Assembly: GCA_032718475.1 (NCBI GenBank)
Contig: JAUCBJ010002634.1
Coordinates: 1 to 45,079, forward strand
Direction: 5' to 3'
DNA: 45,079 nucleotides
Source of the DNA: Nemertoderma westbladi
Taxonomy: Eukaryota; Animalia; Xenacoelomorpha
Of the stretch, positions 9,801 to 24,800 are shown piece by piece (position 1 is the first letter of the stretch; each line of letters starts with the position of its first letter). Made by a program: the position numbers and the translations under genes. Below the pieces are notes generated by a model, which saw only the letters and a program-made list of their open reading frames with translations, searched no databases and was not told the origin of the DNA.

Positions 9801-12800
9801 AGGGCCTTCGTACATGCCGATACTAGTAGTACTGTAGTACTAGGGAAGGGCCTTCGTACATGCCGATACTAGTAGTACTAGCGAAGGGCCTTCGTACATG
9901 CCGATACTAGTAGTACTGTAGTACTAGCGCAGGGCCTTCGTAAATTCCGATACTAGTAGTACTGTAGTAATAGGGAAGGGCCTACGTACATGCCGATACT
10001 AGTAGTACTGTAGTACTAGCGAAGGGCCTTCGTACATGCCGATACTAGTAGTACTGTAGTACTAGCGCAGGGCCTTCGTACATTCCGATACTAGTAGTAC
10101 TGTAGTACTAGGGAAGGGCCTACGTACATGCCGATACTAGTAGTACTGTAGTACTAGGGAAGGGCCTTCGTACATGCCGATACTAGTAGTACTGTAGTAC
10201 TAGGGAAGGGCCTTCGTACATGCCGATACTAGTAGTACTGTAGTACTAGCGAAGGGCCTTCGTACATGCCGATACTAGTAGTACTGTAGTAGCGAAGGGC
10301 CTTAGTACATGCCGATACTAGTAGTACTAGGGAAGGGCCTACGTACATGCCGATACTAGTAGTACTGTAGTACTAGCGCAGGGTCTTCGTACATTCCGAT
10401 ACTAGTAGTACTGTAGTACTAGGGAAGGGCCTTCGTACATGCCGATACTAGTAGTACTGTAGTACTAGCGCAGGGTCTTCGTACATTCCGATACTAGTAG
10501 TACTGTAGTAGTAGGGAAGGGCCTTCGTACATTCCGATACTAGTAGTACTAGCGAAGGGCCTTCGTACATGCCGATACTAGTAGTACTGTAGTAGTAGGG
10601 AAGGGCCTTCGTACATGCCGGTACTAGTAGTACTGTAGTACTAGGGAAGGGCCTTCGTACATGCCGGTACTAGTAGTACTGTAGTACTGGGGAAGGGCCT
10701 TCGTACATGCCGATACTAGTAGTACTGTAGTACTAGGGAAGGGCCTTCGTACATGCCGATACTAGTAGTACTGTAGTACTAGGGAAGGGCCTTCGTACAT
10801 GCCGATACTAGTAGTACTGTAGTAGTAGGGAAGGGCCTTCGTACATGCCGGTACTAGTAGTACTGTAGTACTAGGGAAGGGCCTTCGTACATGCCGGTAC
10901 TAGTAGTACTGTAGTACTGGGGAAGGGCCTTCGTACATGCCGATACTAGTAGTACTGTAGTACTAGCGAAGGGCCTTCGTACATGCCGATACTAGTAGTA
11001 CTGTAGTACTAGGGAAGGGCCTTCGTACATGCCGATACTAGTAGTACTGTAGTACTAGCGCAGGGCCTTCGTACATGTCGATACTAGTAGTACTGTAGTA
11101 CTAGGGAAGGGCCTTCGTACATGCCGGTACTAGTAGTACTGTAGTAGTAGGGAAGGGCCTTCGTACATGCCGGTACTAGTAGTACTGTAGTACTAGGGAA
11201 GGGCCTTCGTACATGCCGGTACTAGTAGTACTGTAGTACTGGGGAAGGGCCTTCGTACATGCCGATACTAGTAGTACTGTAGTACTAGCGAAGGGCCTTC
11301 GTACATGCCGATACTAGTAGTACTGTAGTACTAGGGAAGGGCCTTCGTACATGCCGGTACTAGTAGTACTGTAGTACTAGGGAAGGGCCTTCGTACATGC
11401 CGGTACTAGTAGTACTGTAGTACTGGGGAAGGGCCTTCGTACATGCCGATACTAGTAGTACTGTAGTACTAGGGAAGGGCCTTCGTACATGCCGGTACTA
11501 GTAGTACTGTAGTACTAGGGAAGGGCCTTCGTACATGCCGATACTAGTAGTACTGTAGTACTAGGGAAGGGCCTTCGTACATGCCGGTACTAGTAGTACT
11601 GTAGTACTAGGGAAGGGCCTTCGTACATGCCGGTACTAGTAGTACTGTAGTACTGGGGAAGGGCCTTCGTACATGCCGATACTAGTAGTACTGTAGTACT
11701 AGGGAAGGGCCTTCGTACATGCCGATACTAGTAGTACTGTAGTACTAGGGAAGGGCCTTCGTACATGCCGGTACTAGTAGTACTGTAGTACTAGGGAAGG
11801 GCCTTCGTACATGCCGGTACTAGTAGTACTGTAGTACTGGGGAAGGGCCTTCGTACATGCCGATACTAGTAGTACTGTAGTACTAGGGAAGGGCCTTCGT
11901 ACATGCCGGTACTAGTAGTACTGTAGTACTAGGGAAGGGCCTTCGTACATGCCGGTACTAGTAGTACTGTAGTACTGGGGAAGGGCCTTCGTACATGCCG
12001 ATACTAGTAGTACTGTAGTACTAGGGAAGGGCCTTCGTACATGCCGATACTAGTAGTACTGTAGTACTAGGGAAGGGCCTTCGTACATGCCGGTACTAGT
12101 AGTACTGTAGTACTAGGGAAGGGCCTTCGTACATGCCGGTACTAGTAGTACTGTAGTACTGGGGAAGGGCCTTCGTACATGCCGATACTAGTAGTACTGT
12201 AGTACTAGGGAAGGGCCTTCGTACATGCCGGTACTAGTAGTACTGTAGTACTAGGGAAGGGCCTTCGTACATGCCGATACTAGTAGTACTGTAGTACTAG
12301 GGAAGGGCCTTCGTACATGCCGGTACTAGTAGTACTGTAGTACTAGGGAAGGGCCTTCGTACATGCCGGTACTAGTAGTACTGTAGTACTGGGGAAGGGC
12401 CTTCGTACATGCCGATACTAGTAGTACTGTAGTACTAGGGAAGGGCCTTCGTACATGCCGATACTAGTAGTACTGTAGTACTAGGGAAGGGCCTTCGTAC
12501 ATGCCGGTACTAGTAGTACTGTAGTACTAGGGAAGGGCCTTCGTACATGCCGGTACTAGTAGTACTGTAGTACTAGCGAAGGGCCTTCGTACATTCCGAT
12601 ACTAGTAGTACTGTAGTACTAGGGAAGGGCCTTCGTACATGCCGGTACTAGTAGTACTGTAGTACTGGGGAAGGGCCTTCGTACATGCCGATACTAGTAG
12701 TACTGTAGTACTAGCGAAGGGCCTTCGTACATGCCGATACTAGTAGTACTGTAGTACTAGGGAAGGGCCTTCGTACATGCCGATACTAGTAGTACTGTAG

Positions 12801-15800
12801 TACTAGCGCAGGGCCTTCGTACATGTCGATACTAGTAGTACTGTAGTACTAGGGAAGGGCCTTCGTACATGCCGGTACTAGTAGTACTGTAGTACTGGGG
12901 AAGGGCCTTCGTACATGCCGATACTAGTAGTACTGTAGTACTAGCGCAGGGTCTTCGTACATGCCGATACTAGTAGTACTGTAGTACTAGCGAAGGGCCT
13001 ACGTACATGCCGATACTAGTAGTACTGTAGTACTAGGGAAGGGCCTTCGTACATGCCGGTACTAGTAGTACTGTAGTACTGGGGAAGGGCCTTCGTACAT
13101 GCCGATACTAGTAGTACTGTAGTAGTAGGGAAGGGCCTTCGTACATTCCGATACTAGTAGTACTGTAGTAGTAGGGAAGGGCCTTCGTACATGCCGGTAC
13201 TAGTAGTACTGTAGTACTAGCGAAGGGCCTTCGTACATGCCGATACTAGTAGTACTGTAGTACTAGGGAAGGGCCTTCGTACATGCCGGTACTAGTAGTA
13301 CTGTAGTACTGGGGAAGGGCCTTCGTACATGCCGATACTAGTAGTACTGTAGTACTAGGGAAGGGCCTTCGTACATGCCGGTACTAGTAGTACTGTAGTA
13401 CTGGGGAAGGGCCTTCGTACATGCCGATACTAGTAGTACTGTAGTACTAGCGAAGGGCCTTCGTACATGCCGATACTAGTAGTACTGTAGTACTAGCGCA
13501 GGGTCTTCGTACATGCCGATACTAGTAGTACTGTAGTACTAGCGAAGGGCCTTCGTACATGCCGATACTAGTAGTACTGTAGTACTAGGGAAGGGCCTTC
13601 GTACATGCCGATACTAGTAGTACTAGCGAAGCGCCTTCGTACATGCCGATACTAGTAGTACTGTAGTACTAGCGAAGGGCCTTCGTACATGCCGATACTA
13701 GTAGTACTGTAGTACTAGCGAAGGGCCTTCGTACATGCCGATACTAGTAGTACTGTAGTACTAGGGAATGGCCTTCGTACATGCCGATACTAGTAGTACT
13801 GTAGTACTAGCGAAGGGCCTTCGTACATGCCGATACTAGTAGTACTAGGGAAGGGCCTACGTACATGCCGATACTAGTAGTACTGTAGTACTAGCGAAGG
13901 GCCTTCGTACATGCCGATACTAGTAGTACTAGCGAAGGGCCTTCGTACATGCCGATACTAGTAGTACTGTAGTACTAGGGAAGGGCCTTCGTACATGCCG
14001 ATACTAGTAGTACTAGCGAAGGGCCTTCGTACATGCCGATACTAGTAGTACTGTAGTACTAGGGAAGGGCCTTCGTACATGCCGATACTAGTAGTACTGT
14101 AGTACTAGCGAAGGGCCTTCGTACATGCCGATACTAGTAGTACTAGGGAAGGGCCTTCGTACATGCCGATACTAGTAGTACTAGCGAAGCGCCTTCGTAC
14201 ATGCCGATACTAGTAGTACTGTAGTACTAGCGAAGGGCCTTCGTACATGCCGATACTAGTAGTACTGTAGTACTAGCGAAGGGCCTTCGTACATGCCGAT
14301 ACTAGTAGTACTAGCGAAGGGCCTTCGTACATGCCGATACTAGTAGTACTGTAGTACTAGGGAAGGGCCTTCGTACATGCCGATACTAGTAGTACTGTAG
14401 TACTAGCGAAGGGCCTTCGTACATGCCGATACTAGTAGTACTGTAGTAGCGAAGGGCCTTCGTACATGTCGATACTAGTAGTACTGTAGTACTAGGGAAG
14501 GGCCTTCGTACATGCCGATACTAGTAGTACTGTAGTACTAGGGAATGGCCTTCGTACATGCCGATACTAGTAGTACTGTAGTACTAGCGAAGGGCCTTCG
14601 TACATGCCGATACTAGTAGTACTGTAGTACTAGGGAATGGCCTTCGTACATGCCGATACTAGTAGTACTGTAGTACTAGCGAAGGGCCTTCGTACATGCC
14701 GATACTAGTAGTACTGTAGTACTAGGGAATGGCCTTCGTACATGCCGATACTAGTAGTACTGTAGTACTAGCGAAGGGCCTTCGTACATGCCGATACTAG
14801 TAGTACTGTAGTAGCGAAGGGCCTTCGTACATGTCGATACTAGTAGTACTGTAGTACTAGGGAAGGGCCTTCGTACATGCCGATACTAGTAGTACTGTAG
14901 TACTAGCGAAGGGCCTTCGTACATGCCGATACTAGTAGTACTGTAGTAGTAGGGAAGGGCCTTCGTACATGCCGATACTAGTAGTACTGTAGTAGTAGGG
15001 AAGGGCCTTCGTACATGCCGATACTAGTAGTACTGTAGTAGTAGGGAAGGGCCTTCGTACATGCCGATACTAGTAGTACTGTAGTAGTAGGGAAGGGCCT
15101 TCGTACATGCCGATACTAGTAGTACTGTAGTAGTAGGGAAGGGCCTTCGTACATGCCGATACTAGTAGTACTGTAGTAGTAGGGAAGGGCCTTCGTACAT
15201 GCCGATACTAGTAGTACTGTAGTAGCGAAGGGCCTTCGTACATGCCGATACTAGTAGTACTAGGGAAGGGCCTTCGTACATGCCGATACTAGTAGTACTG
15301 TAGTACTAGCGAAGGGCCTACGTACATGTCGATACTAGTAGTACTGTAGTACTAGCAACGGGCCTTCGTACATGCCGATACTAGTAGTACTGTAGTACTA
15401 GGGAAGGGCCTTCGTACATGCCGATACTAGTAGTACTGTAGTAGCGAAGGGCCTTCGTACATACCGATACCAGTAGTACTGTAGTACTAGGGAAGGGCCT
15501 TCGTACATGCCGATACTAGTAGTACTGTAGTACTAGGGAAGGGCCTTCGTACATGCCGATACTAGTAGTACTGTAGTAGCGAAGGGCCTTCGTACATACC
15601 GATACCAGTAGTACTGTAGTACTAGGGAAGGGCCTTCGTACATGCCGATACTAGTAGTACTGTAGTAGCGAAGGGCCTTCGTACATACCGATACCAGTAG
15701 TACTGTAGTACTAGGGAAGGGCCTTCGTACATGCCGATACTAGTAGTACTGTAGTACTAGGGAAGGGCCTTCGTACATGCCGATACTAGTAGTACTGTAG

Positions 15801-18800
15801 TACTAGGGAAGGGCCTTCGTACATGCCGATACTAGTAGTACTGTAGTACTAGGGAAGGGCCTTCGTACATGCCGATACTAGTAGTACTGTAGTAGTAGGG
15901 AAGGGCCTTCGTACATGCCGGTACTAGTAGTACTGTAGTACTAGGGAAGGGCCTTCGTACATGCCGGTACTAGTAGTACTGTAGTACTGGGGAAGGGCCT
16001 TCGTACATGCCGATACTAGTAGTACTGTAGTACTAGCGAAGGGCCTTCGTACATGCCGATACTAGTAGTACTGTAGTACTAGGGAAGGGCCTTCGTACAT
16101 GCCGATACTAGTAGTACTGTAGTACTAGCGCAGGGCCTTCGTACATGTCGATACTAGTAGTACTGTAGTACTAGGGAAGGGCCTTCGTACATGCCGGTAC
16201 TAGTAGTACTGTAGTAGTAGGGAAGGGCCTTCGTACATGCCGGTACTAGTAGTACTGTAGTACTAGGGAAGGGCCTTCGTACATGCCGGTACTAGTAGTA
16301 CTGTAGTACTGGGGAAGGGCCTTCGTACATGCCGATACTAGTAGTACTGTAGTACTAGCGAAGGGCCTTCGTACATGCCGATACTAGTAGTACTGTAGTA
16401 CTAGGGAAGGGCCTTCGTACATGCCGGTACTAGTAGTACTGTAGTACTAGGGAAGGGCCTTCGTACATGCCGGTACTAGTAGTACTGTAGTACTGGGGAA
16501 GGGCCTTCGTACATGCCGATACTAGTAGTACTGTAGTACTAGGGAAGGGCCTTCGTACATGCCGGTACTAGTAGTACTGTAGTACTGGGGAAGGGCCTTC
16601 GTACATGCCGATACTAGTAGTACTGTAGTACTAGCGAAGGGCCTTCGTACATGCCGATACTAGTAGTACTGTAGTACTAGGGAAGGGCCTTCGTACATGC
16701 CGATACTAGTAGTACTGTAGTACTAGCGCAGGGCCTTCGTACATGTCGATACTAGTAGTACTGTAGTACTAGGGAAGGGCCTTCGTACATGCCGGTACTA
16801 GTAGTACTGTAGTACTGGGGAAGGGCCTTCGTACATGCCGATACTAGTAGTACTGTAGTACTAGCGCAGGGTCTTCGTACATGCCGATACTAGTAGTACT
16901 GTAGTACTAGCGAAGGGCCTACGTACATGCCGATACTAGTAGTACTGTAGTACTAGGGAAGGGCCTTCGTACATGCCGGTACTAGTAGTACTGTAGTACT
17001 GGGGAAGGGCCTTCGTACATGCCGATACTAGTAGTACTGTAGTAGTAGGGAAGGGCCTTCGTACATGCCGATACTAGTAGTACTGTAGTACTAGGGAAGG
17101 GCCTTCGTACATGCCGATACTAGTAGTACTGTAGTAGTAGGGAAGGGCCTTCGTACATTCCGATACTAGTAGTACTGTAGTAGTAGGGAAGGGCCTTCGT
17201 ACATGCCGGTACTAGTAGTACTGTAGTACTAGCGAAGGGCCTTCGTACATGCCGATACTAGTAGTACTGTAGTACTAGGGAAGGGCCTTCGTACATGCCG
17301 GTACTAGTAGTACTGTAGTACTGGGGAAGGGCCTTCGTACATGCCGATACTAGTAGTACTGTAGTACTAGGGAAGGGCCTTCGTACATGCCGGTACTAGT
17401 AGTACTGTAGTACTGGGGAAGGGCCTTCGTACATGCCGATACTAGTAGTACTGTAGTACTAGCGAAGGGCCTTCGTACATGCCGATACTAGTAGTACTGT
17501 AGTACTAGCGCAGGGTCTTCGTACATGCCGATACTAGTAGTACTGTAGTACTAGCGAAGGGCCTTCGTACATGCCGATACTAGTAGTACTGTAGTACTAG
17601 GGAAGGGCCTTCGTACATGCCGATACTAGTAGTACTAGCGAAGCGCCTTCGTACATGCCGATACTAGTAGTACTGTAGTACTAGCGAAGGGCCTTCGTAC
17701 ATGCCGATACTAGTAGTACTGTAGTAGCGAAGGGCCTTCGTACATGCCGATACTAGTAGTACTGTAGTAGCGAAGGGCCTTCGTACATGCCGATACTAGT
17801 AGTACTGTAGTAGCGAAGGGCCTTCGTACATGCCGATACTAGTAGTACTGTAGTAGTAGGGAAGGGCCTTCGTACATGCCGATACTAGTAGTACTGTAGT
17901 AGTAGGGAAGGGCCTTCGTACATGCCGATACTAGTAGTACTGTAGTACTAGCGAAGGGCCTTCGTACATGCCGATACTAGTAGTACTAGGGAAGGGCCTT
18001 CGTACATGCCGATACTAGTAGTACTGTAGTACTAGCGAAGGGCCTACGTACATGTCGATACTAGTAGTACTGTAGTACTAGCAACGGGCCTTCGTACATG
18101 CCGATACTAGTAGTACTGTAGTACTAGGGAAGGGCCTTCGTACATGCCGATACTAGTAGTACTGTAGTACTAGGGAAGGGCCTTCGTACATGCCGATACT
18201 AGTAGTACTAGCGAAGGGCCTTCGTACATGCCGATACTAGTAGTACTGTAGTACTAGCGCAGGGCCTTCGTAAATTCCGATACTAGTAGTACTGTAGTAA
18301 TAGGGAAGGGCCTACGTACATGCCGATACTAGTAGTACTGTAGTACTAGCGAAGGGCCTTCGTACATGCCGATACTAGTAGTACTGTAGTACTAGCGCAG
18401 GGCCTTCGTACATTCCGATACTAGTAGTACTGTAGTACTAGGGAAGGGCCTACGTACATGCCGATACTAGTAGTACTGTAGTACTAGGGAAGGGCCTTCG
18501 TACATGCCGATACTAGTAGTACTGTAGTACTAGGGAAGGGCCTTCGTACATGCCGATACTAGTAGTACTGTAGTACTAGCGAAGGGCCTTCGTACATGCC
18601 GATACTAGTAGTACTGTAGTAGCGAAGGGCCTTAGTACATGCCGATACTAGTAGTACTAGGGAAGGGCCTACGTACATGCCGATACTAGTAGTACTGTAG
18701 TACTAGCGCAGGGTCTTCGTACATTCCGATACTAGTAGTACTGTAGTACTAGGGAAGGGCCTTCGTACATGCCGATACTAGTAGTACTGTAGTACTAGCG

Positions 18801-21800
18801 CAGGGTCTTCGTACATTCCGATACTAGTAGTACTGTAGTAGTAGGGAAGGGCCTTCGTACATTCCGATACTAGTAGTACTGTAGTACTAGCGCAGGGTCT
18901 TCGTACATTCCGATACTAGTAGTACTGTAGTAGTAGGGAAGGGCCTTCGTACATGCCGGTACTAGTAGTACTGTAGTACTAGGGAAGGGCCTTCGTACAT
19001 GCCGGTACTAGTAGTACTGTAGTAGTAGGGAAGGGCCTTCGTACATGCCGATACTAGTAGTACTGTAGTAGTAGGGAAGGGCCTTCGTACATGCCGGTAC
19101 TAGTAGTACTGTAGTACTAGGGAAGGGCCTTCGTACATGCCGGTACTAGTAGTACTGTAGTACTGGGGAAGGGCCTTCGTACATGCCGATACTAGTAGTA
19201 CTGTAGTACTAGGGAAGGGCCTTCGTACATGCCGATACTAGTAGTACTGTAGTACTAGGGAAGGGCCTTCGTACATGCCGATACTAGTAGTACTGTAGTA
19301 GTAGGGAAGGGCCTTCGTACATGCCGGTACTAGTAGTACTGTAGTACTAGGGAAGGGCCTTCGTACATGCCGGTACTAGTAGTACTGTAGTACTGGGGAA
19401 GGGCCTTCGTACATGCCGATACTAGTAGTACTGTAGTACTAGCGAAGGGCCTTCGTACATGCCGATACTAGTAGTACTGTAGTACTAGGGAAGGGCCTTC
19501 GTACATGCCGATACTAGTAGTACTGTAGTACTAGCGCAGGGCCTTCGTACATGTCGATACTAGTAGTACTGTAGTACTAGGGAAGGGCCTTCGTACATGC
19601 CGGTACTAGTAGTACTGTAGTAGTAGGGAAGGGCCTTCGTACATGCCGGTACTAGTAGTACTGTAGTACTAGGGAAGGGCCTTCGTACATGCCGGTACTA
19701 GTAGTACTGTAGTACTGGGGAAGGGCCTTCGTACATGCCGATACTAGTAGTACTGTAGTACTAGCGAAGGGCCTTCGTACATGCCGATACTAGTAGTACT
19801 GTAGTACTAGGGAAGGGCCTTCGTACATGCCGGTACTAGTAGTACTGTAGTACTAGGGAAGGGCCTTCGTACATGCCGGTACTAGTAGTACTGTAGTACT
19901 GGGGAAGGGCCTTCGTACATGCCGATACTAGTAGTACTGTAGTACTAGGGAAGGGCCTTCGTACATGCCGGTACTAGTAGTACTGTAGTACTGGGGAAGG
20001 GCCTTCGTACATGCCGATACTAGTAGTACTGTAGTACTAGCGAAGGGCCTTCGTACATGCCGATACTAGTAGTACTGTAGTACTAGGGAAGGGCCTTCGT
20101 ACATGCCGATACTAGTAGTACTGTAGTACTAGCGCAGGGCCTTCGTACATGTCGATACTAGTAGTACTGTAGTACTAGGGAAGGGCCTTCGTACATGCCG
20201 GTACTAGTAGTACTGTAGTACTGGGGAAGGGCCTTCGTACATGCCGATACTAGTAGTACTGTAGTACTAGCGCAGGGTCTTCGTACATGCCGATACTAGT
20301 AGTACTGTAGTACTAGCGAAGGGCCTACGTACATGCCGATACTAGTAGTACTGTAGTACTAGGGAAGGGCCTTCGTACATGCCGGTACTAGTAGTACTGT
20401 AGTACTGGGGAAGGGCCTTCGTACATGCCGATACTAGTAGTACTGTAGTAGTAGGGAAGGGCCTTCGTACATTCCGATACTAGTAGTACTGTAGTAGTAG
20501 GGAAGGGCCTTCGTACATGCCGGTACTAGTAGTACTGTAGTACTAGCGAAGGGCCTTCGTACATGCCGATACTAGTAGTACTGTAGTACTAGGGAAGGGC
20601 CTTCGTACATGCCGGTACTAGTAGTACTGTAGTACTGGGGAAGGGCCTTCGTACATGCCGATACTAGTAGTACTGTAGTACTAGGGAAGGGCCTTCGTAC
20701 ATGCCGGTACTAGTAGTACTGTAGTACTGGGGAAGGGCCTTCGTACATGCCGATACTAGTAGTACTGTAGTACTAGCGAAGGGCCTTCGTACATGCCGAT
20801 ACTAGTAGTACTGTAGTACTAGCGCAGGGCCTTCGTACATGCCGATACTAGTAGTACTGTAGTACTAGCGAAGGGCCTTCGTACATGCCGATACTAGTAG
20901 TACTGTAGTACTAGGGAAGGGCCTTCGTACATGCCGATACTAGTAGTACTAGCGAAGCGCCTTCGTACATGCCGATACTAGTAGTACTGTAGTACTAGCG
21001 AAGGGCCTTCGTACATGCCGATACTAGTAGTACTGTAGTAGCGAAGGGCCTTCGTACATGCCGATACTAGTAGTACTGTAGTAGCGAAGGGCCTTCGTAC
21101 ATGCCGATACTAGTAGTACTGTAGTAGCGAAGGGCCTTCGTACATGCCGATACTAGTAGTACTGTAGTAGTAGGGAAGGGCCTTCGTACATGCCGATACT
21201 AGTAGTACTGTAGTAGTAGGGAAGGGCCTTCGTACATGCCGATACTAGTAGTACTGTAGTACTAGCGAAGGGCCTTCGTACATGCCGATACTAGTAGTAC
21301 TAGGGAAGGGCCTTCGTACATGCCGATACTAGTAGTACTGTAGTACTAGCGAAGGGCCTTCGTACATGCCGATACTAGTAGTACTGTAGTACTAGCAACG
21401 GGCCTTCGTACATGCCGATACTAGTAGTACTGTAGTACTAGGGAAGGGCCTTCGTACATGCCGATACTAGTAGTACTGTAGTAGCGAAGGGCCTTCGTAC
21501 ATGCCGATACCAGTAGTACTGTAGTACTAGGGAAGGGCCTTCGTACATGCCGATACTAGTAGTACTGTAGTACTAGCGAAGGGCCTTCGTACATGCCGAT
21601 ACTAGTAGTACTGTAGTACTAGCGAAGGGCCTTCGTACATGCCGATACTAGTAGTACTGTAGTACTAGGGAAGGGCCTTCGTACATGCCGATACTAGTAG
21701 TACTGTAGTAGCGAAGGGCCTTCGTACATGCCGATACTAGTAGTACTGTAGTACTAGCGAAGGGCCTTCGTACATGCCGATACTAGTAGTACTGTAGTAC

Positions 21801-24800
21801 TAGGGAAGGGCCTTCGTACATGCCGATACTAGTAGTACTGTAGTAGCGAAGGGCCTTCGTACATGCCGATACTAGTAGTACTGTAGTACTAGGGAAGGGC
21901 CTTCGTACATGCCGGTACTAGTAGTACTGTAGTACTAGCGAAGGGCCTTCGTACATGCCGATACTAGTAGTACTGTAGTACTAGCGAAGGGCCTTCGTAC
22001 ATGCCGATACTAGTAGTACTGTAGTACTAGGGAAGGGCCTTCGTACATGCCGATACTAGTAGTACTGTAGTACTAGCGAAGGGCCTTCGTACATGCCGGT
22101 ACTAGTAGTACTGTAGTACTAGCGAAGGGCCTTCGTACATGCCGATACTAGTAGTACTGTAGTACTAGGGAAGGGCCTTCGTACATGCCGATACTAGTAG
22201 TACTGTAGTACTAGCGAAGGGCCTTCGTACATGCCGATACTAGTAGTACTGTAGTACTAGCGAAGGGCCTTCGTACATGCCGATACTAGTAGTACTGTAG
22301 TACTAGGGAAGGGCCTTCGTACATGCCGATACTAGTAGTACTGTAGTACTAGCGAAGGGCCTTCGTACATGCCGATACTAGTAGTACTGTAGTAGTAGGG
22401 AAGGGCCTTCGTACATGCCGATACTAGTAGTACTGTAGTACTAGGGAAGGGCCTTCGTACATGCCGATACTAGTAGTACTGTAGTAGTAGGGAAGGGCCT
22501 TCGTACATGCCGATACTAGTAGTACTGTAGTACTAGCGAAGGGCCTTCGTACATGCCGATACTAGTAGTACTGTAGTAGTAGGGAAGGGCCTTCGTACAT
22601 GCCGATACTAGTAGTACTGTAGTAGTAGGGAAGGGCCTTCGTACATGCCGATACTAGTAGTACTGTAGTAGTAGGGAAGGGCCTTCGTACATGCCGGTAC
22701 TAGTAGTACTGTAGTACTAGGGAAGGGCCTTCGTACATGCCGATACTAGTAGTACTGTAGTACTAGCGAAGGGCCTTCGTACATGCCGATACTAGTAGTA
22801 CTGTAGTAGTAGCGAAGGGCCTTCGTACATGCCGATACTAGTAGTACTGTAGTACTAGCGAAGCGCCTTCGTACATGCCGATACTAGTAGTACTGTAGTA
22901 GTAGGGAAGGGCCTTCGTACATGCCGATACTAGTAGTACTGTAGTAGTAGGGAAGCGCCTTCGTACATGCCGATACTAGTAGTACTGTAGTAGTAGGGAA
23001 GGGCCTTCGTACATGCCGGTACTAGTAGTACTGTAGTACTGGGGAAGCGCCTTCGTACATGCCGATACTAGTAGTACTGTAGTACTAGCGAAGGGCCTTC
23101 GTACATGCCGATACTAGTAGTACTGTAGTAGTAGGGAAGCGCCTTCGTACATGCCGATACTAGTAGTACTGTAGTACTAGCGAAGGGCCTTCGTACATGC
23201 CGATACTAGTAGTACTGTAGTACTAGCGAAGGGCCTTCGTACATGCCGATACTAGTAGTACTGTAGTAGTAGGGAAGGGCCTTCGTACATGCCGATACTA
23301 GTAGTACTGTAGTACTAGCGAAGGGCCTTCGTACATGCCGATACTAGTAGTACTAGGGAAGGGCCTTCGTACATGCCGATACTAGTAGTACTGTAGTACT
23401 AGCGAAGGGCCTACGTACATGTCGATACTAGTAGTACTGTAGTAGTAGGGAAGGGCCTTCGTACATGCCGATACTAGTAGTACTGTAGTAGTAGGGAAGG
23501 GCCTTCGTACATGCCGATACTAGTAGTACTAGGGAAGGGCCTTCGTACATGCCGATACTAGTAGTACTGTAGTACTAGGGAAGGGCCTTCGTACATGCCG
23601 ATACTAGTAGTACTAGGGAAGGGCCTTCGTACATGCCGATACTAGTAGTACTAGGGAAGGGCCTTCGTACATGCCGATACTAGTAGTACTGTAGTACTAG
23701 CGAAGGGTCTTCGTACATGCCGATACCAGTAGTACTGTAGTAGTAGGGAAGGGCCTTAGTACATGCCGGTACTAGTAGTACTGTAGTACTAGCGAAGGGC
23801 CTTCGTACATGCCGATACTAGTAGTACTGTAGTACTAGCGAAGGGTCTTCGTACATGCCGATACTAGTAGTACTGTAGTAGTAGGGAAGGGCCTTCGTAC
23901 ATGCCGATACTAGTAGTACTGTAGTACTAGCGAAGGGCCTTCGTACATGCCGATACTAGTAGTACTGTAGTACTGGGGAAGGGCCTTCGTACATGCCGAT
24001 ACTAGTAGTACTGTAGTACTAGCGAAGGGTCTTCGTACATGCCGATACTAGTAGTACTGTAGTAGTAGGGAAGGGCCTTAGTACATGCCGGTACTAGTAG
24101 TACTGTAGTACTAGCGAAGGGCCTTCGTACATGCCGATACTAGTAGTACTGTAGTACTGGGGAAGGGCCTTCGTACATGCCGATACTAGTAGTACTGTAG
24201 TACTAGCGAAGGCCCTACGTACATGCCGATACTAGTAGTACTGTAGTAGTAGGGAAGGGCCTTAGTACATGCCGGTACTAGTAGTACTGTAGTACTAGCG
24301 AAGGGCCTTCGTACATGCCGATACTAGTAGTACTGTAGTACTAGCGAAGGGCCTTCGTACATGCCGATACTAGTAGTACTGTAGTACTAGCGAAGGGCCT
24401 TCGTACATGCCGATACTAGTAGTACTGTAGTACTAGCGAAGGCCCTACGTACATGCCGATACTAGTAGTACTGTAGTAGTAGGGAAGGGCCTTCGTACAT
24501 GCCGATACTAGTAGTACTGTAGTACTAGCGAAGGCCCTACGTACATGCCGATACTAGTAGTACTGTAGTAGTAGGGAAGGGCCTTCGTACATGCCGATAC
24601 TAGTAGTACTGTAGTACTAGGGAAGGGTCTTAGTACATGCCGATACTAGTAGTACTGTAGTAGTAGGGAAGGGCCTTCGTACATGCCGATACTAGTAGTA
24701 CTGTAGTACTAGCGAAGGGCCTTCGTACATTCCGATACTAGTAGTACTGTAGTACTAGCGAAGGGCCTACGTACATGCCGATACTAGTAGTACTGTAGTA

